The notes: generated by a model from the letters alone, not told the origin. A stretch of DNA of 64,000 nt from Candidatus Latescibacterota bacterium (GCA_963791045.1 CAWBQK010000010.1:32001-96000); one strand, 5' to 3'. Counted from the first letter of the stretch, positions 1 to 12,200 are shown. Program-made: numbers and translations.

Positions 1-251
1 AGCACCACGTCGCCACCCTGCTCACGAAGATGTTTGACCTCGCCGACCATAATACCCCAACCACCGCTCGAAATGTAGGAGACACTGGAGAGGTCCACAA
101 CCATCTTAAGCGCGCCCCTGGCGATAATATCGTTGAGTTTCTGTTCGAGCGCGGTGGTGGACACGGAATCGAGATGACCGTCAATGCGCAGGATCGTGAC
201 ATCGTTGGCATCCCGGACGACGTTCAACTCGAGGTCGCCGACGACTTCCAT
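1..251 (-). other. STAS (anti-sigma factor antagonist) domain, partial; in frame with the preceding linker
   Basis: Manual reverse translation: VTILRIDGHLDSVSTTALEQKLNDIIARGALKMVVDLSSVSYISSGGWGIMVGEVKHLREQGGDVVL, with the conserved DLSxVxYIxSxG phospho-Ser motif. Confidence 0.85.
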
Positions 252-2936
252 TTCTTCGTTGTCAAAAATACTGTCTATCGATGACGCATCGAATGCGGGT
301 TCGCGAGGCGGCGGAGCGGTGACGCCATCGTCAGTGCGTGAAATGGACGTATCAATCGTGTCTGGTATAAACCGTCCCAGTTCATCGAGGAAATCGGGTT
401 CGGGCTCCGGTTCCTGCTCCACGGCGGGCGTTTCCGCGGACGGCTCCTCGGCCTGTGGCGCTTTCAACAGGTCTTCGACCATATCGCGGCTGCTTCTCCG
501 TGCCGCCGCCTGGTCTTCCTCGTAGAGCTGGTGCCGCTTGAGATACTCTATGCGGAGTTCTTTTGTATTGAGACCCAGACGCTTCAACTCGTCGTACACC
601 ATTCTTTGCGTGATCTGACGCGATTCATCCTTGTCCTTGTTGAATTCTTCGGCGATTCTCTTCGCACCCAGCTCAGGGTTCGCTTTCACAACCGCGAGAA
701 GCGCCTTGCGCTCTTCGATGCTCACCCGTTTGAGATCGACGTCCTGCCGCAATACCTTGTTTTTAACCCGCGCTCGCCCATCACCTCCATCCGCTTCCTA
801 TATTTGTAGAACGTCGAGGGAGACACCTTCATCTTCGCGCAGGCTTCCTTGACGCTTACGCCCTCGACTTCGACCATATCGATGAGCTTTTTGCGGATGC
901 CGGACAGAACATCGTCCGCCGTCAGCTTCTCTTTTACGGCGACGACAGTGATATCATCGTTCTGTGGCTCCCGCCGGTAAACGCTTTAATTTCCTTCTCA
1001 AGACGCTTGATAAACTCTTCGGGATGGAGATGACCGTATTTCTTTATGGTTTCGATGAGGCGGTCCTCGCCGAACTGCTCCCGTCTCTCGTTCATCGCTT
1101 CCGTGACGCCATCGGTGTAAATCAGAAGCATGTCGTCTTTTTTTAGCTTAATTTTCTCGAGACTGATCGACTTGCGGAACAGCTGGTCATCGGGAAGACT
1201 GATGCCGACCGGGAAACCCCTTGGGGTTGAGGAAATAGGTCTCGTTGCTCTCGGCACGGTAGAGAATCATCGGATTGTGCCCGGCGCTCGCATAGCTAAT
1301 GATCCTGTTCTTCGAATCGAGAATCACGTAGAACATCGTAACGAACATGCCCTTTCGCATGTCGTCCGTAACGAAGTCATTCATTTTGGCCATCACGTCG
1401 GAAGCGTTCTTGTTGCCTCTTGCTTCCATCCGCAGCGCCGTACGGATCATCGTCATAACCAGCGAACCGGGGACGCCCTTGCCGGATACATCCGCGACCA
1501 CGACGCCAAGGGTATCGTCATCGACCTGGACGAAGTCGTAGTAGTCTCCGCCGACCTCTTTCGCCGCCTGGTAGTAGCGGCGCGATGTCGTAGCCACTGA
1601 TGTCGGGATGCTTTTTGGGAAGCAGCGCGTGCTGGATCTGCTTGGCGACCTCGATCTCCTTCTGGAGTTTTTCATGTTCGAGGACACTCTCCTGCGCCTT
1701 TTTGAACTTCTGGGTGATTTCATTGAAAACCGACGCGATGGCACCGATTTCAGCCGGGCCCTCGACACTGATCTTTCCGTCAAGAGACCCCTGGCCGATC
1801 GCGCGGACACCATCGGTCAATACCTGGATCGGCTTGACGAATACCGACACGAGCGCCGCGATCAACAGAACGCCGATGAGGAAAAATCCAACAAGGATAA
1901 CCGACGTCAAAAGCCTTGGATCGGCGATAGTGGCTTCGACAGCATCCTCCCACACGCCGAGATGGACGCTGCCGAGGACGAGATCCTGGCCCGTCTCTTC
2001 GGCGCGGAGCCGAACACGGAAGTCGATATCCCGAACCGGCCTCTCCATGTGTTCGTAGCGGGTCCAAACCACGCGGTCGTCTTCGCGAAGGATCTGATCC
2101 CCTCCGGGATCATTGTACTCGGAATAGATCTCATCGATAATGCTCGACGAAAGTATTGTCCCCTCCGAATCAACGACTCTTACATAGCTCAACTCGTCGT
2201 TGCCCTCAAGGATTCGACTAATAAATGCTGTGAGACTGACCTGCTCGACGGAATACTCTTCGGGCTCGAGAAGAAGCGCTTTGCTTCGCTCGGAGAGGTT
2301 TTCCGCAAGCCGTCTCTTCTCGATCCATTGCGAGGTTTTTTGTTCCTTGATCGTGCCCGTTTGCCGGACAAAAACAAAACTCCAGATCGCGGCAATCAGA
2401 ATCAGAAGGCCGAGGCTCGCTCGAAGCGTAAATTTGTATCGAAGCGTACCGCGCCATCCGATACGGCCGGGCAGCGAGCGCGACAAGGCTCCCATGCTCG
2501 ACTTGCTCATAAAGAGCTCGTTACCCGATTCAGCCGCGCGGTACTGGACCTCATCCATCAGGCGGTTTATGAGAAAAACACCCAGGCCGCCCTTACGTCC
2601 CGTTTCCACGTACTGGTCGAGATCGGGATCCTTGACCCCCGCAAAATCGAACCGCTCCCCTGTATCAAACAAACGTATCGATATGTTGCCGGAAGAAATC
2701 TCGGCTTTGATGTGGATTTCGCCGACCACTTCCGAGTAAGCGTGCTTGATGATGTTGGTACACGCTTCGTCCACGGCGAGTTTGGTGTTATTCGTCTCGC
2801 GCGACGAGAACCCCGCCTCGTCACAGCATGTCGAGACAAAATCCCGGACCTTACTCAGCTGTCCCTCGTCCGCCGGGACGCGGAGTTCGCGGACTTCGAT
2901 GTGTTTGTCGACCAGGTTTGCGGGACCACTTGCCAT
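1..2936 (-). CDS. Multidomain partner-switching regulator: RsbW-like HATPase_c - TM - periplasmic domain - TM - HAMP - SpoIIE/PP2C phosphatase - HTH - acidic linker - STAS (frameshifted, runs off left edge)
   Basis: ORF 1518..2936 has LAVDEACTNIIKHAY and GGLGVFLINRLMDEV (anti-sigma kinase), two TM segments and a HAMP. PP2C motifs GGDYYDF, VADVSGKG, SAGHNP, YTDGVTEA and NDDIT continue in shifted frames (indels near 1577, 1212, 970, 760). Manual translation then gives an HTH and a STAS domain. Confidence 0.85.
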
Positions 2937-2939
2937 GAT

Positions 2940-4865
2940 TTACTGCCGTTCCTCGAGTTGTTTTAGTCTTTCCTGCGCCTCTTCGATATTCCGCTTCACG
3001 CTCTCGTTTGTCGGATCGATTACGAGAATCTTCTCCCACTCTTCGATAGCCTTGACGTACTGGTCTTTCGCGAAGAACTGCATTCCGCGGAGGAACAGTT
3101 TGCGAATCTGATCTTCCTCATCCGTCGTTAGCGGCGTGAGTTTTCGTTTTGCCAGTGTGAGAAGCTTCTTTGCTTCCTCATGGTTCGGTTCGAGAGCAAG
3201 AAGCCGTTCGAGCCTGGTCATCGACCTCTGGTAATTCCCGACGTTGAAATCCTGAAGCGCGTCGTTATACAGATTGACAATCTCGAGTTGCTTATTCGAC
3301 TGCTCCAGATTCTGACTCTGATCTTCTATCATCTTGCGTATGCGCGCAATCGCGAGACGCGCTTCTTCATTGCCGGGCTCGATCGCCTGAACGTTGTTCC
3401 ACTCGCCGATCGCCTCGGTGAGTCTCGAGTCGCGCTCGAGCTGCCGCGCCTGTGTCTCATGACCGGCAAGCATCTCGTCAATTTTGACCTGCGTCCGGCC
3501 GAGATAATCTTCGGCTTCAGCATGGGTGGAATCGATGGCGAGAATCACTCGCCATTCCTCACGTGACCTCAGATAGTCGTTCTCCTGGTAGAGACGGAGA
3601 CCCTGCGTGAAATGAGTATTGATGGCGGTCTGTTTTTCGAGATCGCGTGCGGCGAGCTCCTGCTCCTGGACGATTTGCCGTGTCAACAGGTCGAGGTGTT
3701 CGGTCGCCTCCCCATCGCCGGGGATAAACTCGAGAACGATTTTCCATTCGTCCACGGCGCCCGGAAGATTGCCATCGTTTTCAAGAATGGTAGCCTGATC
3801 CCGATGCACCTGGACACGAGCGAGGAACGCCCGCTGGATCATCTCCTGATCCTCCCTGACACGCTGCGCGGCAAGTTCTGCGCGTTGTTCATCGAGGGTC
3901 TGGCCGTATGTCGCCGAGAACGTAACGGGGTGTGACGATCCCGCCGTTTCTCGGCTGACGAGCCCGTAATCGAATCCAAACCCGTGAGTCGTCACGCCAA
4001 GACCAAACGAGAAGTTGCTGTCATCGAGCCCGACGCGAAGCGCCACGTATTTGGAGAAAGCATACTCGGCACCCGCTCTCAACTTGCTGTCCGCCTTTTC
4101 GGGCATGTCGAGCTGGAACATCACACGAAGCGCCGAGCCATTGCCGAAACCGTGGGTGTACCCCGCGCCCGCCATGATCGTCCGCGGTGTTCGATCCGCC
4201 TCGGTGTTGAGCTTGTGTTCGGCGCCGACGAGATCCTGGAAATTGAGCCCGATCGAGAATTTGTCGGCGAAATTCGGGATATACCTGAAACCGAGGTCGA
4301 CGCCCGGTGACGTGCTCGAGAACGGGTCCACCTTCTGGTTCACGATCTTTATCGAGGTCCCCGTCGCAATCCGTCCGGCAAGCCACCTTGGAGACCGTTC
4401 AAAGGCGTACCCAACCATAACCTGGGTTTCCGAGTATTCCCCCTCCCCCAACGGGCGGCTGAACGAATCGTAGCGGTCGAACGTGTTGGCGACCCGCATG
4501 AGTCCGATGCCAAAAGCGCCGGCGTTCAACGTAGGGAAACTTGCGCCGAAGAACGTATACGTCGCCTCGGTGAAATCGCCGTAAAGCGGCATATACATAA
4601 AGCTGAGCTGCTTTGTCTGGACATTCCTGAGCGTCGCCGGGTTCCAGTAGAGCGCGCTGGCGTCGTCCGCCAGGGTTGAATAGGCCCTCCCCAGCGAGAT
4701 ACCGCGAGATCCGGCGCCAAGCGAGAACACACTCTGGGTGCCGCCGTCGCCATCCGCGGCGAACGCATGGACGGGGATCAGAAGCACACACAAGAATAGC
4801 GCCGCATACTTAAGAACGTGCTTGCTGTCCTGATACGATTTGGTCATGCCGGTTGTCTTTCTCAT
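2940..4865 (-). CDS. PorV/PorQ (UPF0164)-like outer-membrane beta-barrel fused to C-terminal TPR repeats
   Basis: Signal peptide, then GAGSRGISLGRAYSTLADDASALYWNPATL (PorV/FadL-like N-terminus) and alternating beta strands, followed by helical TPR-like repeats (A..EW..VL..DP.N..A). Confidence 0.8.
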   Translation of the reverse strand: MRKTTGMTKSYQDSKHVLKYAALFLCVLLIPVHAFAADGDGGTQSVFSLGAGSRGISLGRAYSTLADDASALYWNPATLRNVQTKQLSFMYMPLYGDFTEATYTFFGASFPTLNAGAFGIGLMRVANTFDRYDSFSRPLGEGEYSETQVMVGYAFERSPRWLAGRIATGTSIKIVNQKVDPFSSTSPGVDLGFRYIPNFADKFSIGLNFQDLVGAEHKLNTEADRTPRTIMAGAGYTHGFGNGSALRVMFQLDMPEKADSKLRAGAEYAFSKYVALRVGLDDSNFSFGLGVTTHGFGFDYGLVSRETAGSSHPVTFSATYGQTLDEQRAELAAQRVREDQEMIQRAFLARVQVHRDQATILENDGNLPGAVDEWKIVLEFIPGDGEATEHLDLLTRQIVQEQELAARDLEKQTAINTHFTQGLRLYQENDYLRSREEWRVILAIDSTHAEAEDYLGRTQVKIDEMLAGHETQARQLERDSRLTEAIGEWNNVQAIEPGNEEARLAIARIRKMIEDQSQNLEQSNKQLEIVNLYNDALQDFNVGNYQRSMTRLERLLALEPNHEEAKKLLTLAKRKLTPLTTDEEDQIRKLFLRGMQFFAKDQYVKAIEEWEKILVIDPTNESVKRNIEEAQERLKQLEERQ

Positions 4866-7800
4866 TTCGCCACCGCCATTTTGATCCGCGTCGATTTCGA
4901 ACCCGCATCGAGCTGGCAGATATACATTCCGTTCCGGACTACTTCGCCCTTCATGTTGCGGCCGTCCCAGGTAACCTCCTGGGGGCCCTCCCCGGTCCCC
5001 GGTTCACCCTGTGAAAATTGCTGCTCGTAGACGAGCGAACCCCGCAGGTCGTAGACCCTTATCGAGACGGGCCCGGCGCTGTCCATAATATAGGCGATCC
5101 GCGTCAACTCGGACCCCGCCTGGAACGGGTTGGGATAGTTGTGCGCGTACTCTTCGAACTCATTGCTCAGGATAACGAGCGGCTGAGAGCGGATGCGGCC
5201 GTTGATGAGTTGGCCGGTGTCCTTGTCGACCACGGCGATCGGCCGCCCAGAGTCATCTTCCTTGACGGCGATCGAGAACGGGCCGTGGAACGAAAGGACG
5301 ATTTCATCGAGCTGGGCGTTGTCGGCGATGCTCACCGCGAAGACAAACGAGTCTGCGTCCGCCTGCTCGAGGATGATCCCGCCGGCGTCTATAATCATCG
5401 GGTTTTGCGTGATGACTCCGTCTATTTGAGATGCAGGATCACCTCGCCGATAAACGTAGAATTCGCTCAGCGTCCGCGACGGCTCGTCGACTTCGCGCCC
5501 GTTCTTGTCGAGAACGGTCACACGGAAAGTGTCGATCCGGACCCGTTCGGCACTATCGTCGAGGTTCGCCACCTCAACGGCCAACATGTCGATGTCGGAT
5601 GTGCCTTTTGGCACCACCATCGCTTCAATTCCGATGTCGCTTGAGAAATCGTCCACGGTGACGGCGTTCGACTCGGTCTGGATCGCGATCGGAACGGGTG
5701 AGCTCGAAACAACCGCGGCGGAGCCGGTGTTCTCATCGTTGGGAATCGAATCCATCACTACGCGGATGAGTTCTAGCGAAGTGAACCTGATGGGTGCACG
5801 AACTTGCCACGTTACGGTTTGGCCAACCACAAATGGCTGCAATGCATCTCCCGATACAATCGTGTATTCGAATTCTGGGTCTAGATCCGGAAGTTCGATC
5901 CTAAGCCGCGCGCCGGCCGTATCCACCGCCGCCAGGCCGAGATTATCAACCCGCGCTTCGATATCAAACACAGTGCCAAACGCCACGCGACCATCTTTTG
6001 CCTCATCGGGACTCGTGATCGATGCCGTGTACTCGAGACGCGCCTTCGTGACCGTCGTCACCGACAGCGTGTCGCTGAACGCCTCGATGTTCTCGCTCGA
6101 GTTCTGGTCGAAGCCGTCATACGTCACCAGGAATGAGACCTCACCGGGAGTCGCCGGCGCATCGATACGCCATTGCACAGCTTTTTCGCCACCATCGCCG
6201 TCACCCAGCGAACGGACGCTCGGATCGATCACCTGGCCGACGGAGCCCGACAGGACCTCGAGTGTCGCCGTGATATCCGTCGTGGTCGCCTCGGCAAGCG
6301 TCCGTGCCTGAATCGTGTAACGCTGGTCGGTGCTCACCGAATCGTCCATTGCGCCGTCCGGTGAAATCACCTCAAAGACAAGCGGTGTAAAACCTGCCTG
6401 CTCGACAATCTCGAGGGTCACGGGCGCCGTTCCGGTGGTCACGACGGCCACGTCGCCGCTGTTTCTCTCAATCGGACTGTTTGTAATGTCGACTTCGAGA
6501 ACCTGGTTCGTCGCGGGGAGTTCGGGCGCGCGGATGTCCCACTGAACCGGTGCGCCGACAACAAATGTCTGAGTCGCCGGTGATCCCGCGTCGATCGTGA
6601 ACCCCACCGGCACCGTAAGCGTGAGGGTTCCCGAGTTGTCCACCAACGACTGTCCGTTATTCGTGACGAGCGCCGTAAGTGTGAACGGCTGCTCCGTGCT
6701 CAACGTCGTCGCGTCAGGCGGGAAAGTAACGCTTGCCGCCACGTTTAGATCGGCCGGCGTCTGAATGAGCATATCGATCCAGCCGTCGTTGCTCGTGTTG
6801 TCCGACACGTCCTTGTCCCCGTCGATATCGTACCCGACGAAGGTCCCGTCAATCCGAAGCGCGCCGGACGGTCCCGTCGTCGTGCCGGTCGACTCGACAT
6901 TGAAGACGAGCGTATCAACCGCACCAGACCGAAGCGAATCATCGCCGGATATCTGGAATACCGCCACATCGGGGATCGTGTACTCGGTCGTCACGTTGCC
7001 GGCACCCGAGACACTGATAGAGAGCTTCGTGAGATCGGGCTTGAGCTGGAGCGCCGCAGCACCGTCGTTACGGACTATCATGCGCACCTGCCAATCCCTC
7101 AGCTGCCCTGCAGTGACACTGTCCTGCGAGGCCAACATATCAACAATAACGACCGCACTCTCGGCGCCGATGGTGACCCGGTCGCCCGCGAGCGTAAAGG
7201 ATTTTGAATAGTTGTTACCGTTCTCCGTGCCCACGATGTCAACGGTGACGGGGTAAACACCCTCTGTAAACGTGCTCGGGATCGGGACTTCCTCAAAGGA
7301 CAGCGTGGTATCGGTTCCCGCGAGGATCGCGCCTACCTGAGACGCGTCTAGACGCGGTTGGATCGTCGTGACTCCGTCGGTGAACGAGAACTTCGTCCGG
7401 TCCGCGTCGAGCACCAGTGTCGCCGCGCCAACGATCTGGCTTACGTCGATTCTGAATGTGGCCGGCTCGCCGGCATTGACATTCTTGGGAAGCAGGGTGC
7501 CGGCGATATAGGTCGGATTGGGCTCGAGCTGGACCTCCACGCTCCCCGCCTGCTCAGCGGGCGTCACTGGTGTACTCTGGTTGAGCTCGGTTCCCTCGAT
7601 GTGCGCGGTGAAGGGCTGATTGCCGAAGCCGTCGCTGAAATCCTGGGTTTGCGGGATCGTAAACGTAAGGATCGTCGACGCCCCACCGGCAAGCAACAGC
7701 GATCCCACAGGGCCCGTGACCCGCGCGGGAATGCCGTTCGCAAACTCGATATAGGTTCTCGCCGGATCGTTGCTCAGCTGCACCTCCGCGCCGCCGTCGT

Positions 7801-8965
7801 TTGTGACGCCGACGCTGATCGTCCAGTCGTTCTCCTGGAACTTCGTCACCGGGTCCTGCGACGGCGTGACGGACGTAATCCGGATATCCCCCGGTGTCTG
7901 AACCGTAACCTCGTCGCCCGAGACCGGGCCGACCGTCTGTTCGTCATCGGGGCTGTTTGCATCCTCGGCCGTCACCTGTCCGCTGATGGTATAGGTGTCG
8001 GGCGCTCCCGTGTCGGTCACGTCGAAGACCAGGGTATCCAGCTCGTTCTCCTCGAGCTGCACACCACCGCCCTGAAGCGCGTTCCGCGGCGTCGCGTTCC
8101 ATCCGGCATCAGCAGGATCGAACGCCACCGACGCCGAACCCGGTAGTAAGAGATCGAGCGCCGCTTCGCCGCTGTTCCGGACCACCATCCGGATCTGCCA
8201 GCTGGTCTGTCCCTCGGTGACGGTAGGCCGGCCTGGCGTGATACCGACGATCTCGAGGACGCCGGGCAGCTCGACGAAGAGCGCCCCCATCCCACCGGTC
8301 GACGTGTCGACCGAGATGGGGTCGTTGTTCACGAGATTGGTCGCATCGAGGAAACCCTCGATCGTATAGGCACCCGCAAGAGGCAGTGAACTTCCATTCA
8401 CCACGACGTCAAACGTGATGCTGCCGTTCGTGCCGCCCGCGAGGGTGTCCGAGCCTGAGTCGAAAACGCCCGGCGGCGTGAATATAAACCGGCCGGACTG
8501 GTTGACCCCCGCCCGGATGAACTCAATATCCGTGTCGTCGAGACGAATGTCCGCGCCGCCCCTGTTTTCGACGTTGAGCGTGACGGTGAAGGACGCCGAT
8601 TGATTGTTCGTGATCGTGTCCTGCGAGGTTGTGGTTGACGCGATCGCGACATCCGTCGCTTCGAGAACCTCGATCGATTGGGCAGTCAACATGAACTCGC
8701 GCTTGAATCCGTTGTCCATGCCGACCACGCGGACCCGCGGTATGTACGACGGACTGGCATCAGACGACACGAGGGTCGACTGGAAGGTCAGTGTTTCCGA
8801 ACCCGCGCCGGGAATCGTCGTCTCACCGACCAACGGGGCATCGAACGATTGGCCGTCGAACCAGAAACGTGTCGAGTCGGGAATGAGAACGAGATCGGCG
8901 CCGCCGTTGTTTGTGGCGGTAAACGAAAAGCTTACCGAGGTTTGGCGGCTCACATCGAGCGGCAC
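4862..8965 (-). CDS. C-terminal part of a giant Ig-repeat surface protein, ending in a FlgD-Ig/T9SS-like sorting domain
   Basis: Repeated CARDB-like Ig modules (W.I...V.N.G.A...L). C-terminus is NYPNPF...SIRVYDLRGSLV...WDGRNMKGEVVRNGMY. No own signal peptide; joined to the upstream ORF by frameshifts at ~8960-9330. Confidence 0.8.
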   Translation of the reverse strand: MPLDVSRQTSVSFSFTATNNGGADLVLIPDSTRFWFDGQSFDAPLVGETTIPGAGSETLTFQSTLVSSDASPSYIPRVRVVGMDNGFKREFMLTAQSIEVLEATDVAIASTTTSQDTITNNQSASFTVTLNVENRGGADIRLDDTDIEFIRAGVNQSGRFIFTPPGVFDSGSDTLAGGTNGSITFDVVVNGSSLPLAGAYTIEGFLDATNLVNNDPISVDTSTGGMGALFVELPGVLEIVGITPGRPTVTEGQTSWQIRMVVRNSGEAALDLLLPGSASVAFDPADAGWNATPRNALQGGGVQLEENELDTLVFDVTDTGAPDTYTISGQVTAEDANSPDDEQTVGPVSGDEVTVQTPGDIRITSVTPSQDPVTKFQENDWTISVGVTNDGGAEVQLSNDPARTYIEFANGIPARVTGPVGSLLLAGGASTILTFTIPQTQDFSDGFGNQPFTAHIEGTELNQSTPVTPAEQAGSVEVQLEPNPTYIAGTLLPKNVNAGEPATFRIDVSQIVGAATLVLDADRTKFSFTDGVTTIQPRLDASQVGAILAGTDTTLSFEEVPIPSTFTEGVYPVTVDIVGTENGNNYSKSFTLAGDRVTIGAESAVVIVDMLASQDSVTAGQLRDWQVRMIVRNDGAAALQLKPDLTKLSISVSGAGNVTTEYTIPDVAVFQISGDDSLRSGAVDTLVFNVESTGTTTGPSGALRIDGTFVGYDIDGDKDVSDNTSNDGWIDMLIQTPADLNVAASVTFPPDATTLSTEQPFTLTALVTNNGQSLVDNSGTLTLTVPVGFTIDAGSPATQTFVVGAPVQWDIRAPELPATNQVLEVDITNSPIERNSGDVAVVTTGTAPVTLEIVEQAGFTPLVFEVISPDGAMDDSVSTDQRYTIQARTLAEATTTDITATLEVLSGSVGQVIDPSVRSLGDGDGGEKAVQWRIDAPATPGEVSFLVTYDGFDQNSSENIEAFSDTLSVTTVTKARLEYTASITSPDEAKDGRVAFGTVFDIEARVDNLGLAAVDTAGARLRIELPDLDPEFEYTIVSGDALQPFVVGQTVTWQVRAPIRFTSLELIRVVMDSIPNDENTGSAAVVSSSPVPIAIQTESNAVTVDDFSSDIGIEAMVVPKGTSDIDMLAVEVANLDDSAERVRIDTFRVTVLDKNGREVDEPSRTLSEFYVYRRGDPASQIDGVITQNPMIIDAGGIILEQADADSFVFAVSIADNAQLDEIVLSFHGPFSIAVKEDDSGRPIAVVDKDTGQLINGRIRSQPLVILSNEFEEYAHNYPNPFQAGSELTRIAYIMDSAGPVSIRVYDLRGSLVYEQQFSQGEPGTGEGPQEVTWDGRNMKGEVVRNGMYICQLDAGSKSTRIKMAVAK

Positions 8966-9289
8966 CAGACCACCGCCGTATGTAATGTCGGCCGGCGTCT
9001 ACGACGTCTCACCAGGTCATCGGGATCAACATCGGCCGTGTTCAGGACCGTCGGAGAACGACCCGCCGTTCTCGTACCCTCCAGGTGAATCTCAATCGGG
9101 ATAGCTTCCCCCGTGAAAAGCCGTTGGCACAACCACATCGTCGAATACGATCGTCTGCTGGGCCCCTCCGCTGATCGCAACGGGCGCCGCCAAGAGCGCG
9201 GTATACACGTATGCCCGTGCCGTCGTTGAATGTGATGAAGCTCAACGTCTCGTCGAGCGTCACCGTGGCTTGCGCCGGTATTCTGAACG

Positions 9290-12200
9290 TCAAGAGAGAA
9301 TCCATAACTGTCGTCCGCGCGTCACGACAGGCGGATCGAGAGTGCTGCCGATATACGCGAGATCCGCGGCGCTTTCGATCGTCCAATTGCCGAGCGGATT
9401 GGGCGATACGTCATCGTCACTCACCGGCGCGCCGTCGACAGTCCCCGACACGGCGGCGTTGATCGTGAACGTGCCGAGTTCGGATGTCGGTCGCACGGTC
9501 ACGCTCAGGGGAATCGTGACCCTCTGCGGGGCCTGCGGGGTTCCGGGGGGAACCGAAACCGCTGGAGAAATGGTTTGTGAGACACCGTCGTACGCGCCGC
9601 CGGAGAACGTAAAGGACACAAAGTCGATGAGCGCCTCGACAGGGCCCTGGTTCTCGACGGTCACCCGGATGACTCCCGTCTGTCCGCGGCTTACCGGCGA
9701 GTCGGCGCTGATGCCCAGAATCTCGATCGCCGTCAGGCGGAGCGAATTGACCGGGAGTGAAACGCCCGCCTTGGCATAGTCGGACTCGTATTCGTCCCGT
9801 CCGACAAAATCGACGACGGGCGTGTACTGCCCCGGATCCATTGCGCTGCTGATCTGACTCGATGAAAACGTAAGAGTGTCCGTCTGCCCGTCAAGGACCC
9901 ACGTCGCCGCCGTGAGGAACGCAGTGAAGGTCTCATTCCCGTCCGAAAACTTGAAAGCCGTTCCACCGAAAAGCCGCACATTGGTGGCGTTTTCGGTCTC
10001 GACATTAACGGTGAAGCCAACTGTCTGCCCGGCCTGCACAATCGATGGGGTCGGCCCGGAAACGACAGTGAGGTTCGGCACCGGCGCGAAGTACGACGTT
10101 GCCGTCGTCGTGGCCACGGGATTATCGAACGCGGTGAGCGTCACAACCGCCGCCTGCACCGTCGTCTCCACTATCGCGCCCGACCGGAGTATGAGCGAGA
10201 CCGTCCCGTCCGACGCGGTCGCCCGCTGGTGGCCCGGCGCGGGATCGACGTCGTCCGATTGAATCGTCCCTCGATCCGTCGAGACGGTAATGAGCGTGCC
10301 CGTGCTGACAATATTTCCGTAAGCATCCTGGATGGGGTCTGTCTGAATCGTGACCTCACTCGCGCCGTTCGCCGTGATCGTATCGGGCTCCGCCGACACA
10401 ACGATGGCATCCGGTATCCCCGGCTCGATCGCAATGGGAACACTCGTTCCCGTCGCCCCACCGCCCTGGGTTTCCGCTTCGATTTGTATCGGTCCGACGG
10501 TCTCCCACGCGAGTGTTGTCGCCGCCTGTCCGCCGGCGAGCTGTATGGGGTTCGTGCCGAATCCCGTGATGGCTCCGCCCGGGAGGACGCGGAGATCAAC
10601 AAAATTTGTCGCGGTCGTCACGAGATTGTCCTGAGCGTCGAGCGCCCGGACGGTAAATCCGAACGCGGTCCCCGCTTCTTCGGTTGTCACATCGGGAATA
10701 ACTTCATAACTCGCAATGTCGCCGGCAATCGATGTCACGGTAAACGTCTTCGTCTCGAGCGCCGGTGGATTCCCGTCCTTGATGCTCGAACGCACGTTGT
10801 GCGCGCCGGCCTGGCCCGACACGGTTAAGTCCACGGTCGCGACACCGGACGAATTCGTGCTCGTGATCCCGCCGTCGGACAGCGATGCGGTTCCATCCGG
10901 AGCGAGTGTAATCGTGAATACGACGGGTTCACCGGATACGGGATTCCCGTACTGGTCCGTGACCGTCACCGCGAGCGGCTGAACCTGCCCGACGGGGACC
11001 AACGTACTGTCTCCGGACGTGATGGTTACCTCGTAGGCCGTTGCGGGCACAATCGTGATCGTTGTGCTTGTATCTGCCGGCTCTCCGCCGCCCGTACTCA
11101 CAGTGAGGCCGGTCTGTTCGACAACATCATCGCTTACCGATGTTGTAAACGCGCCGTTCGTTAGTTGTCCCGAGGGCGGGCTAAAAACGGGGTTCCCCGT
11201 CGTGCTTCCGAATACGACGGTGGTAGCGTCATCGTCGACGGGGTTGTTGTTTGTATCGTAGGCCTGAACGGTCACGTTGACCGATTCGCCGGCGGTCCAC
11301 GTGGTCTTGTTCGGACTGAATGTGAAGAGATAATAAGAAATCGCCGTACTCGCCTGCGTGGTCACATCGAATTCGACCGCGTCGGTATAGGTGCCGTTGT
11401 CGAAGTTTGCGCGGACGCGGTTGAGACCAACGGTTGATCCCGTCGTGAGAACCGTCGAGACCAGGCCGTTTACGTCGCTCGTATCGGAGTCCGGCGCAAC
11501 CGAGGCTCCGCCCGGATTCTGGATGACCGAGAACGACACGGTCTGGCCCTGAACGTTGTTGTCGTAAATATCCCGTACTTCCGCCTCGAGAGGAGGCGTA
11601 TCGTTTCCAGCAATGATTCCCGTAAGTGGATCCGTGATTCGCGAGAGATGGTGGGCAATATTGGGCGACACTGTGACGGTGCCGCTGTACCCCGGCGATC
11701 CCGGTGCGCCGGAGACGCGAACCTTCATCGTCCTCGCTTTGTTGTACGTTTCGCCGACGGCGGCCTGACCCGACATGAGCGTCGCGCTCCGAACCGTCAG
11801 CTGTTCTCCGGCGGGAAGCTCGGCCTGTGTCCCCGCGTCCACAGCGTCGAGATCAATCGCGCTGTTCGCCCCGAGAACAGTATTGCCGTACTGATCTTTC
11901 GCGGTGACATTCACAACGAACGGATTACCGGCTACGACACTTACCACCGTGTTCACCACATACGTGGAGATGGTACCCGTATCGGTGATTTGAATCGTTT
12001 CATCGCCGGACCCAAGCACACTGCCGTCGTCCTCCGCCAAAAAGTCCCACGTGCCCGTAATAAATCCGCGCGCGTAGACGGTGACCTGTCCGCCGCTCAA
12101 CACGAACTGCGTTGTCGGGGTTCCAAAATCCGAGGCGCTGAATACGAGACCGCTTCCCGATTCGGGGACGATGTTGACGGTACTCGTGTTGGCACCGTCA

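Noticed and set aside
530-880. Possible IS481-family insertion sequence
   Set aside because: Only the HTH-like part is present; no DDE domain, terminal inverted repeats or target duplication were seen.
750-1580. Programmed frameshifting or phase variation in the regulator gene
   Set aside because: Indels fall in short 3-5 nt runs and also hit essential glyS; sequencing error is more parsimonious.
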